From Promethearchaeia archaeon (GTDB lineage Archaea > Asgardarchaeota > Lokiarchaeia > Sigyniarchaeales > SOKP01), in contig JAWOFX010000184.1 of NCBI GenBank assembly GCA_046497275.1, positions 1 through 16,313 of the forward strand: a stretch of 16,313 nucleotides of DNA, written 5' to 3'. Position numbers and translations under genes: made by a program. Positions 15,528 through 16,313 of this stretch are shown here, one piece after another. The notes beneath the pieces are model-generated. The model searched no databases and was not told the origin of the DNA. It saw only the letters and a list, made by a program, of their open reading frames with translations. Each line of letters begins with the position of its first letter. The first letter of the stretch is position 1.

Positions 15528-16313
15528 TTAAGGATAATCTTCATACAATTTTCTGATTATATTATCCAATTCTTTTTGGTTATGCTTTTCATACGCAAGT
15601 TCTCCACATTTATCTTCCAAATCATACCATCTTTCAATATATTTATTATTCATTATAGTTAGCGATGTTTTGATCAAATACATAAAAGATTCCATTCGTT
15701 TACTAAAAGTCCTCATGAATTTATTAGTCTCAACCTCGAGTTTGTCTGGGATAAAAATTCTTGTTGGAAAATTTAGATTTTTCAATTCTTCTAAACCAAA
15801 TTTATCGGATGTGAAGAGAAGTTTTTTGGCATAGCTAAACCCAAATGCTAAAAGAGGTAATATGGTTGCTCCAGTTTGGGGGTAAATTCCAATGGCAATT
15901 TCCGGCATCCTAAAAAACATTTCATCAATTGATTTATCAGCAAATATCCGTAAATCGCTCGCCATAATAAGTTCCATTCCAAACCCGATTGCGGTTCCTT
16001 GAACTTGTACCACAATAGGCTTTTTCATCAATAACATCGTCTGGGTCACTTTTCTTCCAAATTCCCGCATTTTTTCAAGGTAATCCACATCATCTGCAGA
16101 GGCAGCTCGAATATCAATTCCAGAACTAAATACTTTTTTGCCTGTACTTTTTAAAAGAATACATTTCACTTTTTCTTCCTCATGAGCTTTTATTAGATGA
16201 TCATACAATCCTTTCATTAATTCCCAATTGAATGCATGAGCCATATCGGGACGATTTAGGGTAATAATCGCAATATTTCGCTTTTTCTCATATAAAATAA
16301 TTTCATTATTATT
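15528..16313 (-). CDS. Enoyl-CoA hydratase/isomerase (crotonase) family protein, 5'-truncated by the window edge
   Basis: The frame is open from 16313 (NNNEIILYEKKRNIAIITLNRPD-MAHAF...), including the crotonase TLNRP motif, so the track start at 16244 is internal. FSSGIDI, GFGMEL and MPEIAIG retain both catalytic Glu positions. Confidence 0.9.
   Translation of the reverse strand, partial: NNNEIILYEKKRNIAIITLNRPDMAHAFNWELMKGLYDHLIKAHEEEKVKCILLKSTGKKVFSSGIDIRAASADDVDYLEKMREFGRKVTQTMLLMKKPIVVQVQGTAIGFGMELIMASDLRIFADKSIDEMFFRMPEIAIGIYPQTGATILPLLAFGFSYAKKLLFTSDKFGLEELKNLNFPTRIFIPDKLEVETNKFMRTFSKRMESFMYLIKTSLTIMNNKYIERWYDLEDKCGELAYEKHNQKELDNIIRKLYEDYP

Overview
AT-rich, gene-dense archaeal chromosomal segment with no rRNA, tRNA, CRISPR array or mobile element that I can recognise. 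Gene content (archaeal AbrB-PhoU regulator, Rio2, Sm/LSm, four-subunit 2-oxoacid:ferredoxin oxidoreductase, a PP1/PP2A-like phosphatase, a gelsolin-like domain, lipases and a crotonase) suggests Asgard archaea, probably Lokiarchaeia/Promethearchaeota; this is an inference. There are 18 supportable CDSs, two of which run off the window edges. The most striking item is 10232..11023, which looks like a single gelsolin-like domain fused to a four-helix membrane domain, a candidate membrane anchor for actin. Also notable: a tandem CW..C..CKAY cysteine repeat on a D-cysteine-desulfhydrase-family enzyme, a hyperacidic 100-aa protein with a Cys4 tail, an orphan N6-adenine methyltransferase whose conserved N-terminal motif lies upstream of any canonical start codon, and an Sm / Bud23-like methyltransferase / Rio2 cluster. 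All family calls come from motif recognition by eye; no database searches were run.
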